From IMG/VR virus record IMGVR_UViG_2199352004_000009: a stretch of 63,313 bases of DNA; one strand, 5' to 3'. Source of the DNA: an uncultured virus (IMG/VR IMGVR_UViG_2199352004_000009) (lineage: Duplodnaviria; Heunggongvirae; Uroviricota; Caudoviricetes). Position 1 is the stretch's first letter. Every line of letters begins with the position of its first letter. A model generated the notes under the pieces. The model was not told where the DNA came from. It ran no database searches and was given only the letters and a program-made list of their open reading frames with translations. The position numbers were made by a program, and so were the translations under genes. Below are positions 20,238 through 28,455 of the stretch, piece by piece.

Positions 20238-20271
20238 GGTGTTTACTTTAATTCGGTTCTGATGTATAATA
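20238..20271 (+). repeat. 34-bp exact repeat containing an early promoter (copy 1)
   Basis: GGTGTTTACTTTAATTCGGTTCTGATGTATAATA identical to 28811-28844; TTTACT-17-TATAAT. Confidence 0.9.
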
Positions 20272-20300
20272 ACTCTATGATGAATCGAAAAGGAAACGAA

Positions 20301-20552
20301 ATGAAAGTGATCTATACCAGCCCTGTGTTTAAAGATGCCCATGGCCATGGTTCGGCTCGACAAGTGTTGATCCCTCTGCATGCTGTTGAAACTTATGCCA
20401 AACGTGATGCTGCTCTGTTGGCTATGATGGCTCTTGGTGGTATCAACGCAGATCCCACTCCAGAATTCATGGCTTTTCGTAAGAAAATGATGTCTGCGAA
20501 ACGCAAAATCGAACGCAATGGTTGGTACTCTCGTGAAGTGGTTGCTGCTTAA
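20301..20552 (+). CDS. Hypothetical early protein (alternative in-frame start 20277)
   Basis: AAGGA RBS; follows early promoter. Confidence 0.7.
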   Translation: MKVIYTSPVFKDAHGHGSARQVLIPLHAVETYAKRDAALLAMMALGGINADPTPEFMAFRKKMMSAKRKIERNGWYSREVVAA

Positions 20553-20566
20553 ATTAGGAGAAAAGA

Positions 20567-20773
20567 ATGTCTAAAGTTACTTATAGCGATGTTGCTGCCG
20601 AATTGCGTGTCACTTCGCAGCTGTGTATGGATACCTACGCCACGTATTCTTACGTGACTGGCACCTACGAGTCGATAATCGCAGGTTTGGTTGCAGACTT
20701 GCCAAAGCATAAGCAAGCTGAAGTGATGCGCTCTTTACGACAAGCTAGAGAGCGCATGGAAAAAGATGCTTGA
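20567..20773 (+). CDS. Hypothetical early protein
   Basis: AGGAG RBS, 68 aa. Confidence 0.7.
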   Translation: MSKVTYSDVAAELRVTSQLCMDTYATYSYVTGTYESIIAGLVADLPKHKQAEVMRSLRQARERMEKDA

Positions 20774-20798
20774 CTTTAATTGTGACTTGATATATAAT
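20770..20798 (+). promoter_or_regulatory. Early promoter
   Basis: TTGACT-TTAATT...-TATAAT, 17-nt spacer. Confidence 0.75.
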
Positions 20799-20820
20799 AT
20801 GTTTTTGTTATGGAGATTTT

Positions 20821-21963
20821 ATGAGTGATGCAAATTTTGTGACTGAGTTCGAGGGTAAACTGTATGAGATGTTCCCCGATGTGGCTGTGTCTGGTACTGT
20901 ATTGAACCAGCAATTGCTGGATACGATGCGTGCACTTGACACTAAGAAACAACCACGTTGGTTGATGCAAAACCGAGTCAGTCGTGGCGTGTATGCCTTG
21001 CCTGGTCGTGCAACTAATCTTGCAGTAGTTCCCAAAGAAGAAGTTGTTGAGTCCTTCATTGTAGACTACAGCAACTTGGATTCTTTGATCCCTAAGAAGG
21101 ATTCGAACTTTGTTCCATTTGGTAACTACCCAGACCTAGAGAACATTATCAAGTCCAAAATTTTCTATCCTGCATATATCTCTGGTCCTACTGGCAATGG
21201 TAAGTCCACTATGATTGAGCAAATCTGTGCCAAGCACAAACGTCCTCTCATTCGTGTTAACCTGAACATGATGACAGACGAGGAACAACTTATCGGTTCC
21301 AAGACTTTGACCGATGGTAACGTAGAAGTTGTCGAAGGTCCAGTGCTGATTGCAATGCGCAATGGTACCGCACTGTTGCTTGACGAGATCGATGCTGGTT
21401 CCGCAAACACCTTGCTGTGCTTGCAACCTATTCTTGAAGGTAAGCCATACTACTTTAAACTCAAGAACGAGATGGTAGTTCCTGCTCCTGGATTCAACGT
21501 TTTCGCCACTGCAAACACTAAGGGTAAAGGTTCAGACGATGGTCGTTACATCGGTACTAACGTGCTGAACGAAGCATTCTTGGAACGTTTCGCTGTTACA
21601 TTCGAACAGGAATATCCTTCCGCAAAAATCGAAGTCAAAATTATTAAGAATCTGATGGAGTCCTTTAATGCAGTTGATGAGGATTTCGCAGAAACCCTTG
21701 TAAAGTGGGCAGAAGCAATTCGCCGTACTTTCGAGGACGGTGGTGTCGACGAGACAATCACTACACGTCGTATGATTCACATTGTTCGTGCCTTTGCAAT
21801 CTTCAAGGATCGCACCAAGGCAGTGCAACTTTGTTGCAATCGTTTTGACGCTGCTACGAAAGTTGCATTCTTGGATCTGTTCGAGAAGGTTTCTACCCCT
21901 GAGCCTGTAGCTGTTGCACCTAGTGCACCAGAATACAAAACTGAAGAAGAAATCCCCTTCTAA
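20821..21963 (+). CDS. cobS: MoxR/CobS-like AAA+ ATPase
   Basis: GPTGNGKS, LLLDEID, ATANTKGKGSDDGRYIGTNVLNEAFLERF typical of phage CobS. Confidence 0.88.
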   Translation: MSDANFVTEFEGKLYEMFPDVAVSGTVLNQQLLDTMRALDTKKQPRWLMQNRVSRGVYALPGRATNLAVVPKEEVVESFIVDYSNLDSLIPKKDSNFVPFGNYPDLENIIKSKIFYPAYISGPTGNGKSTMIEQICAKHKRPLIRVNLNMMTDEEQLIGSKTLTDGNVEVVEGPVLIAMRNGTALLLDEIDAGSANTLLCLQPILEGKPYYFKLKNEMVVPAPGFNVFATANTKGKGSDDGRYIGTNVLNEAFLERFAVTFEQEYPSAKIEVKIIKNLMESFNAVDEDFAETLVKWAEAIRRTFEDGGVDETITTRRMIHIVRAFAIFKDRTKAVQLCCNRFDAATKVAFLDLFEKVSTPEPVAVAPSAPEYKTEEEIPF

Positions 21964-21973
21964 CAAGAAGGTG

Positions 21974-22002
21974 TTGACTTTAATTCGTAATTGTTGTATA
22001 AT
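21974..22002 (+). promoter_or_regulatory. Early promoter
   Basis: (GTG)TTGACT-TTAATTCG...-TATAAT, 17-nt spacer. Confidence 0.8.
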
Positions 22003-22037
22003 AACTTATCAAAACTTGAAACTCAAAGGAATATATT

Positions 22038-22520
22038 ATGTTGAAATTCGCTGACTTGTCCATGTCCCAGAAAAAGATGGTTGTTGCTTACGTTGAGCAC
22101 AATCCTTCTCTGAAGAAGAGTGCCCAAATCACTCTGAAAGAAGTCAATTCAATTGCTGCTGAACTCGCTTCCAAGCGAGACTCTGGTGGCGCAAAGGTTG
22201 GTTATCCAAACTGGTTGTTTGGTCCCAACAAAGTCGACCGTGGTGTGTACGCATTCCCCGTGCCGACTGCTGCTGAACTTTCTCAATACACGAAAGATGC
22301 AGCAACGAAGCCTGTGAAGGCTGCGAAAGTTGCTAAGACTCCAAAGGTCAAAGCAGTTAAGGCTACTGCAAAGGTAGCCAAGAAGACCTCTAAGGTCGCA
22401 TCAGCCCCTGTTGCTGATAAGAATCGTCTACAAGATGTAATCGGTCAGTCCGAGACTTTTGATCAGGACTACGAAGACTTCAACGCTATCCTTCGCGAGA
22501 ATGGTATCGAAGTAGAATAA
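22038..22520 (+). CDS. Hypothetical protein with Lys/Ala-rich segment, possibly DNA-binding
   Basis: KPVKAAKVAKTPKVKAVKATAKVAKK tract; AAGGA RBS. Confidence 0.75.
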   Translation: MLKFADLSMSQKKMVVAYVEHNPSLKKSAQITLKEVNSIAAELASKRDSGGAKVGYPNWLFGPNKVDRGVYAFPVPTAAELSQYTKDAATKPVKAAKVAKTPKVKAVKATAKVAKKTSKVASAPVADKNRLQDVIGQSETFDQDYEDFNAILRENGIEVE

Positions 22521-22524
22521 TCCC

Positions 22525-22545
22525 TGGGACATCCTGTCCCATTTT
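22525..22545 (+). terminator. Possible terminator
   Basis: TGGGACA-tcc-TGTCCCA followed by TTTT. Confidence 0.5.
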
Positions 22546-22565
22546 ATAATCCATATAGGAATTTT

Positions 22566-22814
22566 ATGACTAAACAAACAAAGCTGCTTAATTACTTGGT
22601 TACAGGTCACACCGTAACTTCACGAGATATCGTTTCTGGTTTTGGCTTGACCAATCCTCACGATGCAATTTACAAGTTGCGCAATCAAGGGCATTGCATT
22701 TACAGCAATCGTCGTGCTGGCGCTGACACGGTAGAGTACCGCATTGGCACTCCAAGCAAGCGTATGGTTGCAGTTGCAAATCGAGTTCTTGGTACTCGTG
22801 CGTTCCAAGCCTAA
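22566..22814 (+). CDS. Winged-HTH-like hypothetical protein
   Basis: LLNYL...FGLTNPHDAIYKLRNQGHCIY pattern. Confidence 0.65.
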   Translation: MTKQTKLLNYLVTGHTVTSRDIVSGFGLTNPHDAIYKLRNQGHCIYSNRRAGADTVEYRIGTPSKRMVAVANRVLGTRAFQA

Positions 22815-22823
22815 GAATAAATC

Positions 22824-23159
22824 ATGGCTACATTGGAAGAAGTTAAACGATCTCAATTAGCCAGTAGTGGTGGGCGTAAGTTCGATGGAGGCAAACTCCA
22901 GTATGGACTTATCCCACCACTTGCTATGGCAGAGATGGTCAAGGTATTGACCTTTGGCGCAGAGAAATACGAACCAGACAATTGGAAGAATGTCCCAGAT
23001 TCTAAGCGTCGTTATTTTGATGCAATGGAAAGACATATTTGGGCATGGAAAGCTGGCGAACAAATCGATCCAGAATCTAATATCCACCACTTGGCTCATG
23101 CTATGTGCTGTTTGTTTTTCTTGTACGAACATGATGTGAAATACTCTGTGGAAAACTAA
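22824..23159 (+). CDS. dATP/dGTP diphosphohydrolase-domain protein (DUF5664-like)
   Basis: GRKFDGGK...GAEKY..DNW...RH...DPES..HHLAHA.CCL.FL. Confidence 0.82.
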   Translation: MATLEEVKRSQLASSGGRKFDGGKLQYGLIPPLAMAEMVKVLTFGAEKYEPDNWKNVPDSKRRYFDAMERHIWAWKAGEQIDPESNIHHLAHAMCCLFFLYEHDVKYSVEN

Positions 23160-23336
23160 ATGATTAAAATTTTACTAGCGTTTGTTTTAGTTTTTGCTGC
23201 GTTCTATTTTGGTATTGAAGCATTCAACAAAATGACCAAATCTGAAAAATGGGATGCTGCTAAGACTTTCTCATACAGTATGGCTTTATCTCTTGTTGTT
23301 ATCGCATTCCTTGTTGGTATTGTTGTTTTATTTTAA
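23160..23336 (+). CDS. Small two-TM membrane protein, 58 aa, not in ORF track
   Basis: MIKILLAFVLVFAAFYFG...MALSLVVIAFLVGIVVLF; fills the gap before the SPFH gene. Confidence 0.7.
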   Translation: MIKILLAFVLVFAAFYFGIEAFNKMTKSEKWDAAKTFSYSMALSLVVIAFLVGIVVLF

Positions 23337-23345
23337 AGGTTGATT

Positions 23346-24143
23346 ATGAAATCGTTTATGAAAATTGGTGCATTGATTTTGGCTGTTGCTTCTTTGCAAG
23401 CATGCACTCGAATCGAGACTGGTGAAGTTGGTGTGCGTGTTGGCTTTGACAAGCAAGTCCAAAGTGGAGAATTGCTTCCAGGTTCGTTCAATCAGGTATT
23501 GATTGGTGATATACTTACATTCCCTATCAAGGATGTGAACGTTGTGCTTAACGACATGACACCAGTCACTAAGGATAACTCCACCATGAAAGACTTAGAT
23601 GCGGTCGTAGTCTATAACGTCAATCCAGGACAAGTTGCTGAATTGTATTCGACTAAGAACAAAAGTTTCCACGCTGAAATCAAAGGTGACACCTATGTGA
23701 TGTATAATTACATTGTGCAGAATGCTCGTAACTCTATCTACAAAGCAGCTCGTAAGTACGAAGCATTGGATATGGCAGATGCACGTAGTGATATGGAAAA
23801 CTTTATCAAGGACGAAATCACTCGTAACCTTGCAGAAGAAAAGCTGGATGGTTCTATTACTATTAGCCAAGTGTTGATTCGTAACGTAGTTCCAGCTGAC
23901 TCAGTTGTTGCAAGTGCCAACGAATTAGTCAAAGCTAAGAATGAATTGAAGCAGAAAGAAGTAGAAGTTAAGACTGCTGAAGCTGAGTCTCGTCGTATGG
24001 CAGCATTGGCTAACAACTCTGGTAGTTCTATCGCCTTTATGCAAGCCCAAGCTATGTTGAATATCTCTGAAGGTATTAAAACTGGTAAGGTACAAACCAT
24101 TGTCGTGCCTAGCAACTTCAATGCACTAATGATGACTAAGTAA
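23346..24143 (+). CDS. SPFH/Band 7 domain lipoprotein
   Basis: Signal with LQAC lipobox, RIETGEVGVR, Ala/Glu coiled coil. Confidence 0.85.
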   Translation: MKSFMKIGALILAVASLQACTRIETGEVGVRVGFDKQVQSGELLPGSFNQVLIGDILTFPIKDVNVVLNDMTPVTKDNSTMKDLDAVVVYNVNPGQVAELYSTKNKSFHAEIKGDTYVMYNYIVQNARNSIYKAARKYEALDMADARSDMENFIKDEITRNLAEEKLDGSITISQVLIRNVVPADSVVASANELVKAKNELKQKEVEVKTAEAESRRMAALANNSGSSIAFMQAQAMLNISEGIKTGKVQTIVVPSNFNALMMTK

Positions 24144-24150
24144 AATAAAT

Positions 24151-24179
24151 TTGCCCTAAACTTTGTTTTAGGGCATAAT
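24151..24179 (+). promoter_or_regulatory. Candidate promoter for gp45 overlapped by an inverted repeat
   Basis: TTGCCC-17-CATAAT; TGCCCTAAA/TTTAGGGCA arms; similar to 57478-57506. Confidence 0.5.
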
Positions 24180-24219
24180 TGTTTATACATAGTAATGAAA
24201 CTAATGAAAAGGAACCCCT

Positions 24220-24882
24220 ATGAAATTATCCAAAGAAACTACAGCAATCTTTAAGAACTTTGCTCAAGTCAACAATAATCTTTTGCTTAAAGAAGGCAAT
24301 AAGATTTCAACCATTTCTGCACAGAAAAACGTTATGTCTGACGCCACTGTTGCTGAAACCTTCCCAGAGACTTTTGGTATCTATGACTTAAATGAATTCC
24401 TTGGTGCAATGTCGCTGTTCAATGATCCTGAACTTGACTTTACCGAGAAGTTTGTAACTATCAAAGAAGGCTCTCGCCGTATCAAATTCTACGGTGCAGA
24501 ACCATCTGTTCTAACCGCACCTACAAAAAGCATCAACTTCCCAGAAGCTGAGGTTAACTTTACCCTAACTGCATCTATGCTTGAAATGATCAAGCGTACT
24601 GCATCTGTTCTGCGTTCTGAAGATATTTCTATCATCGGTGACGGAACTGTCTTGGATATCCAAGTTGGTGATAAGAAGAATGCATCAAGCAACTCCTTCT
24701 CAGAACCAGTTGGTGCAACTGATAAAACATTCCACGTTAACCTAAAGGTTGATAACCTAAAGATGCTTCCAGGTGATTATGCTGTAAGTATTTCCAGCAA
24801 GAAAATCTCTCGCTTTAAGAGCATCACTGGTGACTTAGTTTACTATGTTGCTGTTGAAGCTGACTCTACTTTTGATGCCTAA
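24220..24882 (+). CDS. gp45: Sliding clamp
   Basis: MKLSKET...KNF..N, FGIYDLNEFL, LKMLPGDY.VSIS, YYVAVE. Confidence 0.95.
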   Translation: MKLSKETTAIFKNFAQVNNNLLLKEGNKISTISAQKNVMSDATVAETFPETFGIYDLNEFLGAMSLFNDPELDFTEKFVTIKEGSRRIKFYGAEPSVLTAPTKSINFPEAEVNFTLTASMLEMIKRTASVLRSEDISIIGDGTVLDIQVGDKKNASSNSFSEPVGATDKTFHVNLKVDNLKMLPGDYAVSISSKKISRFKSITGDLVYYVAVEADSTFDA

Positions 24883-24902
24883 TTAACCTTTTGGAATATA
24901 TT

Positions 24903-25184
24903 ATGCCTAAGTTGAAAGACTTGGATGCGAAGTTGTGGAGAGAGTCCCCTGATTCCTATAAACATATGACTGTTTATGGTAAGGCAGAGTTTACTACAGT
25001 TAAATGTAAAGTTTGTGGTGAAGATGTTTATTTGTCAGAAGCCTACAAAGAAAGTAAACCTAAACGTAAGCATGGTTCTCATATGAGACCATACCATGCT
25101 AAATGCTATATTGCCACCAATGGTAAATATAAAGAGACTAAAGAAAAATCCACAGCATCTTTATTTGAATTTTTGAAAGACTAA
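24903..25184 (+). CDS. Hypothetical Zn-binding protein with clamp-motif-like C-terminus
   Basis: CKVC...H..C; ends SLFEFLKD; between gp45 and gp44. Confidence 0.7.
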   Translation: MPKLKDLDAKLWRESPDSYKHMTVYGKAEFTTVKCKVCGEDVYLSEAYKESKPKRKHGSHMRPYHAKCYIATNGKYKETKEKSTASLFEFLKD

Positions 25185-25187
25185 ATT

Positions 25188-26135
25188 ATGATTGAATCAC
25201 GTGATATGTTTTTGTGGGTAGAGAAATACCGTCCACAAAAAATTGATGAATGTGTTTTGCCAGAATCATTGAAAGCAACCTTTAAACAATACATCGCTCA
25301 GGGAGAACTCCCGCACTTTTTGTTCTGCGGAACAGCAGGCGTAGGAAAAACCACAGTTGCAAAAGCACTGTGTAATGAGATCGGTGCAGAGTATCTAATG
25401 ATTAACGGTTCTGAAGAATCAGGTATTGATACTTTGCGTACGAAAATCAAAGGGTTTGCTTCAACAATTTCTCTAACAGATTCCAAGAAGGTAGTTATCC
25501 TAGATGAGGCAGACTACCTAAATCCTAACTCTACTCAACCAGCGTTGCGTGCGTTCATTGAAGAGTTTAGTAGCAACTGCCGATTCATCTTCACGTGTAA
25601 CTTTAAGAACAAGTTGCTGGATGCCATCCACTCTCGTTGCGCAGTTATCGAATTTAAAATCGATAAGAAAGAACAACAAGAGATTGCAGCAACTTTCTTT
25701 AAACGCACTACTCAAATCTTGACGCAAGAAGGTATTGACTTTGATTCTAAGGTCGTTGCCGAGTTGGTGATGAAGCACTTTCCAGACTATCGTCGTATTC
25801 TCAATGAGTTGCAACGTTACTCTGTATCTGGAAAGATCGATAGTGGTATTCTGGTTAACCTGTCTGATCAGACTTACAAAGAACTATTCAAAGCTCTTAA
25901 AGAAAAGAACTATACTGAGACTCGTAAGTGGGTAGCAAAATCCAGTGATGGAGATTCTACTACTCTTTTCCGTACTCTGTATGATCAATCTAACAATATG
26001 CTTGAAGCAGGTTCTATTCCTCAACTGGTACTTATCCTAGCAGACTATCAATACAAAGCTGCATTCGTTGCTGATCATGAATTAAATATCATGGCAGCAT
26101 TGACTGAGGTTATGTCACAATGCAAATTCAAGTGA
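25188..26135 (+). CDS. gp44: Clamp loader large subunit
   Basis: LWVEKYRP, GTAGVGKT, ILDEADYL, SRC, FPDYRR. Confidence 0.96.
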   Translation: MIESRDMFLWVEKYRPQKIDECVLPESLKATFKQYIAQGELPHFLFCGTAGVGKTTVAKALCNEIGAEYLMINGSEESGIDTLRTKIKGFASTISLTDSKKVVILDEADYLNPNSTQPALRAFIEEFSSNCRFIFTCNFKNKLLDAIHSRCAVIEFKIDKKEQQEIAATFFKRTTQILTQEGIDFDSKVVAELVMKHFPDYRRILNELQRYSVSGKIDSGILVNLSDQTYKELFKALKEKNYTETRKWVAKSSDGDSTTLFRTLYDQSNNMLEAGSIPQLVLILADYQYKAAFVADHELNIMAALTEVMSQCKFK

Positions 26136-26142
26136 GTCAGCT

Positions 26143-26466
26143 ATGGAGTCTTTATATTATGTAATTGTATTCGTATGTGGCTTTATCTCGGGGTGGATGC
26201 TACGAGAGACTATAGCAGTTCATCGTATTAAAAATATGATCGATGAACTTGAGGATATGGAAGACGATGATTCTGACTATCCTACACATATTAAGATCTC
26301 TATTGAGAAGGTTGAGTCTACATTCTTCGTCTATAACCTAGAAGACAACTCATTTATGGCACAGGGAAATACACGAAACGAACTTGAAGAAGCACTTAAG
26401 AGTCGATTTCCTGGTGTGGTTTTTGCATGTCCTGAAGCTAATCTTAAAGAGGTAGGTTTCAAATGA
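26143..26466 (+). CDS. Hypothetical protein with N-terminal TM
   Basis: Hydrophobic N-terminus; between gp44 and gp62. Confidence 0.7.
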   Translation: MESLYYVIVFVCGFISGWMLRETIAVHRIKNMIDELEDMEDDDSDYPTHIKISIEKVESTFFVYNLEDNSFMAQGNTRNELEEALKSRFPGVVFACPEANLKEVGFK

Positions 26467-26843
26467 CACCATTCGATTTCCTAAATGCCATTAATGACTC
26501 TAAAGAAAACCTCTTTGATGAGGATCCAGCACAATCAAATAAGGATTACGTCCCATTCATCGTAAACAGAGGTTTATCTTACTTTCATGATACCGTCCTG
26601 TATGCTAATGAGATGAACGTCAACCACCATATCCCCAAGGAATGGCAGTTTGATTTTCTACTAAATAGTATACCCAGAAAGCGCCGTATGAGCAAGTGGC
26701 ATAAAAAAGACGATGCTCATACATTGAATCTGGTAGTGGAATATTATGGTTATTCCATCGAAAAGGCGAGAGGTGTTCTAAGTATCCTCTCGAGTGATCA
26801 ATTGAAAACAATAGAAGAAAAACTATATAAAGGTGGACGATGA
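26463..26843 (+). CDS. gp62: Clamp loader small subunit
   Basis: PFDFLNAIN, YVPFIVNRGLS, ANEMN, YYGYS.EKA. Confidence 0.93.
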   Translation: MTPFDFLNAINDSKENLFDEDPAQSNKDYVPFIVNRGLSYFHDTVLYANEMNVNHHIPKEWQFDFLLNSIPRKRRMSKWHKKDDAHTLNLVVEYYGYSIEKARGVLSILSSDQLKTIEEKLYKGGR

Positions 26844-27274
26844 CAATCGAAATGATTTACTACGATTGGAAGCCTGATTCTATGTTAGAGATCACTCTAC
26901 CTGAACCAGATAACTTTCTGAAGGTAAGAGAAACACTAACACGAATTGGAATCGCTTCAAAAAAGGATAACAGATTATATCAATCTTGCCATATTTTACA
27001 TAAGCAAGGTCGATATTTTATTGTACATTTTAAAGAACTATTTGCTCTTGACGGTAAAGAGTCGAATATTTCTATTGAAGATATTGAGCGCAGAAATGCT
27101 ATTGCTGTACTGCTACAGGATTGGGATCTATTAAAGATCGTAGTTGCTGCTAAGGCAGAACCAAAAGCATCTATGTCTCAAATAAAAGTTGTGTCTTATA
27201 AAGACAAAGCAAACTGGGAACTTGTTCCTAAATATAACATTGGTAAGAAAATTAAAACTGAGGTGAATACATGA
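26840..27274 (+). CDS. regA: Translational repressor
   Basis: FLKVRETLTRIGIAS, LYQSCHILHKQGRYFIVHFKELF. Confidence 0.96.
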   Translation: MTIEMIYYDWKPDSMLEITLPEPDNFLKVRETLTRIGIASKKDNRLYQSCHILHKQGRYFIVHFKELFALDGKESNISIEDIERRNAIAVLLQDWDLLKIVVAAKAEPKASMSQIKVVSYKDKANWELVPKYNIGKKIKTEVNT

Positions 27275-27468
27275 TTCAATTACAATTAAGCATTGCAGAA
27301 GTTAACTCTATTCTTCGTTCTTTGGGTAAAGCTCCATTCGAAGAAGTAGCAGACTTGATCACTAAGATCAAACAGCAAGGCGAGCCACAAGCAACTGCAT
27401 TAATGCAGGCAGCACAAGCAGCAGCACCAGCGGCACCAGAAACTCCTGCAGAAGAAATGCTACCATAA
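27271..27468 (+). CDS. Hypothetical protein
   Basis: GAGG RBS, ATGA overlap. Confidence 0.7.
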   Translation: MIQLQLSIAEVNSILRSLGKAPFEEVADLITKIKQQGEPQATALMQAAQAAAPAAPETPAEEMLP

Positions 27469-27480
27469 CCCTACCTTGGG

Positions 27481-27579
27481 AACGTTGCCGTCACGGTTAA
27501 GGCGTCCGTACAATTGGACTAGCATACGTTAATTGCTCCAGTATAAAGTAAGCTGGGACAGATATGCCTTCGGGATATC
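27481..27579 (+). ncRNA. Candidate structured RNA / hsp20 leader
   Basis: GC-richer 145-nt intergenic gap with several nested stems and a cUUCGg hairpin. Confidence 0.35.
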
Positions 27580-27613
27580 ATTTTTAACTTAACTCGCTTA
27601 ATAGGAGAAACTT

Positions 27614-28123
27614 ATGAACGCAAAATTCGTACCTGCCATCTGGCAAGAACATTTCAAAGACTTCGACAAATTCTTTGTTGGCTTTGATGACCAAGTTACA
27701 CAAATGCAGAAATTGCATGACGATGTAACTAAAAACATCCCAAACTATCCTCCATACAACATTCGTAAGAATGGGGAGAACTCTTACACTATTGAGATCG
27801 CTGTTGCTGGTTTCGGTCAAAACGAAATCGACATCGAGATCGATGGTGGCAAGTTGATAGTCAAGGGTAATGTTCAAACTAGCGCAGAACAAGCTAGCAA
27901 TTATCTCTTTAAAGGTATTGCTAATCGTGCATTCACTCGTGCCTTTGCCATTGATGATCAAATCGAAGTCAAGGATGCAGAACTTTTTAATGGTATGTTA
28001 AAGATTGCTCTTGAGCGTCTTGTACCAGAAGAAAAGAAGCCAAAGAAAGTAGCTGTAAAGACCAAAGGTCAGAAGCAGTTTCTAACTGAGGAGGAACGTG
28101 ATGAAATTACTACAAAGCTGTAA
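27614..28123 (+). CDS. hsp20: Small heat shock protein (Hsp20/IbpA-like)
   Basis: NYPPYNI, IEIAVAGF, KGIANRAFTRAF, AELFNGMLKI. Confidence 0.95.
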   Translation: MNAKFVPAIWQEHFKDFDKFFVGFDDQVTQMQKLHDDVTKNIPNYPPYNIRKNGENSYTIEIAVAGFGQNEIDIEIDGGKLIVKGNVQTSAEQASNYLFKGIANRAFTRAFAIDDQIEVKDAELFNGMLKIALERLVPEEKKPKKVAVKTKGQKQFLTEEERDEITTKL

Positions 28124-28208
28124 ACGTGCATTTTCTTGGTGGGTCTCATTCACCAATGAAACTTTAGATGCTATTAAAAAAGCAAAAGAAGATAACATGA
28201 AGCGTTAA
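28101..28208 (+). CDS. Possible 35-aa peptide overlapping the hsp20 3' end
   Basis: GAGGAGG RBS; MKLLQSCKRAFSWWVSFTNETLDAIKKAKEDNMKR. Confidence 0.45.
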   Translation: MKLLQSCKRAFSWWVSFTNETLDAIKKAKEDNMKR

Positions 28209-28218
28209 TCATACCTGT

Positions 28219-28242
28219 GGGGATCTTCGGATCCCCTAAATA
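28219..28242 (+). promoter_or_regulatory. cUUCGg hairpin abutting a late promoter (CCTAAATA)
   Basis: GGGGATC-TTCG-GATCCCC then TAAATA; no U tract. Confidence 0.6.
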
Positions 28243-28247
28243 CTTGT

Positions 28248-28454
28248 ATGATGAAACCGAAAATATCCCCTAACTTAATTTCGTTTGTTACAGTGCGTAG
28301 AGGAAACTGGATCTTAAAAGTATCCGTTTACAAAAATAAAACTATACTTGTTGTGGCAAGACACTACTTTGATTTAGATAAAAGCCTTGTGCAGTTTTTT
28401 GATGATCAAAATGATGCTGCTGACTTTTTAGATAATATTGCAGAGAAAGAATAA
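28248..28454 (+). CDS. Hypothetical protein
   Basis: ORF 5 nt after the late box. Confidence 0.65.
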   Translation: MMKPKISPNLISFVTVRRGNWILKVSVYKNKTILVVARHYFDLDKSLVQFFDDQNDAADFLDNIAEKE

Positions 28455-28455
28455 A

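Noticed and set aside
20821..21963. Cobalamin biosynthesis auxiliary gene
   Set aside because: No other cob genes; the ATPase fits a general MoxR/VWA system
27481..27579. tRNA or hammerhead ribozyme in the hsp20 leader
   Set aside because: No T-loop GTTC/CCA cloverleaf and no CUGANGA/GAAA core; kept only as a generic structured RNA candidate
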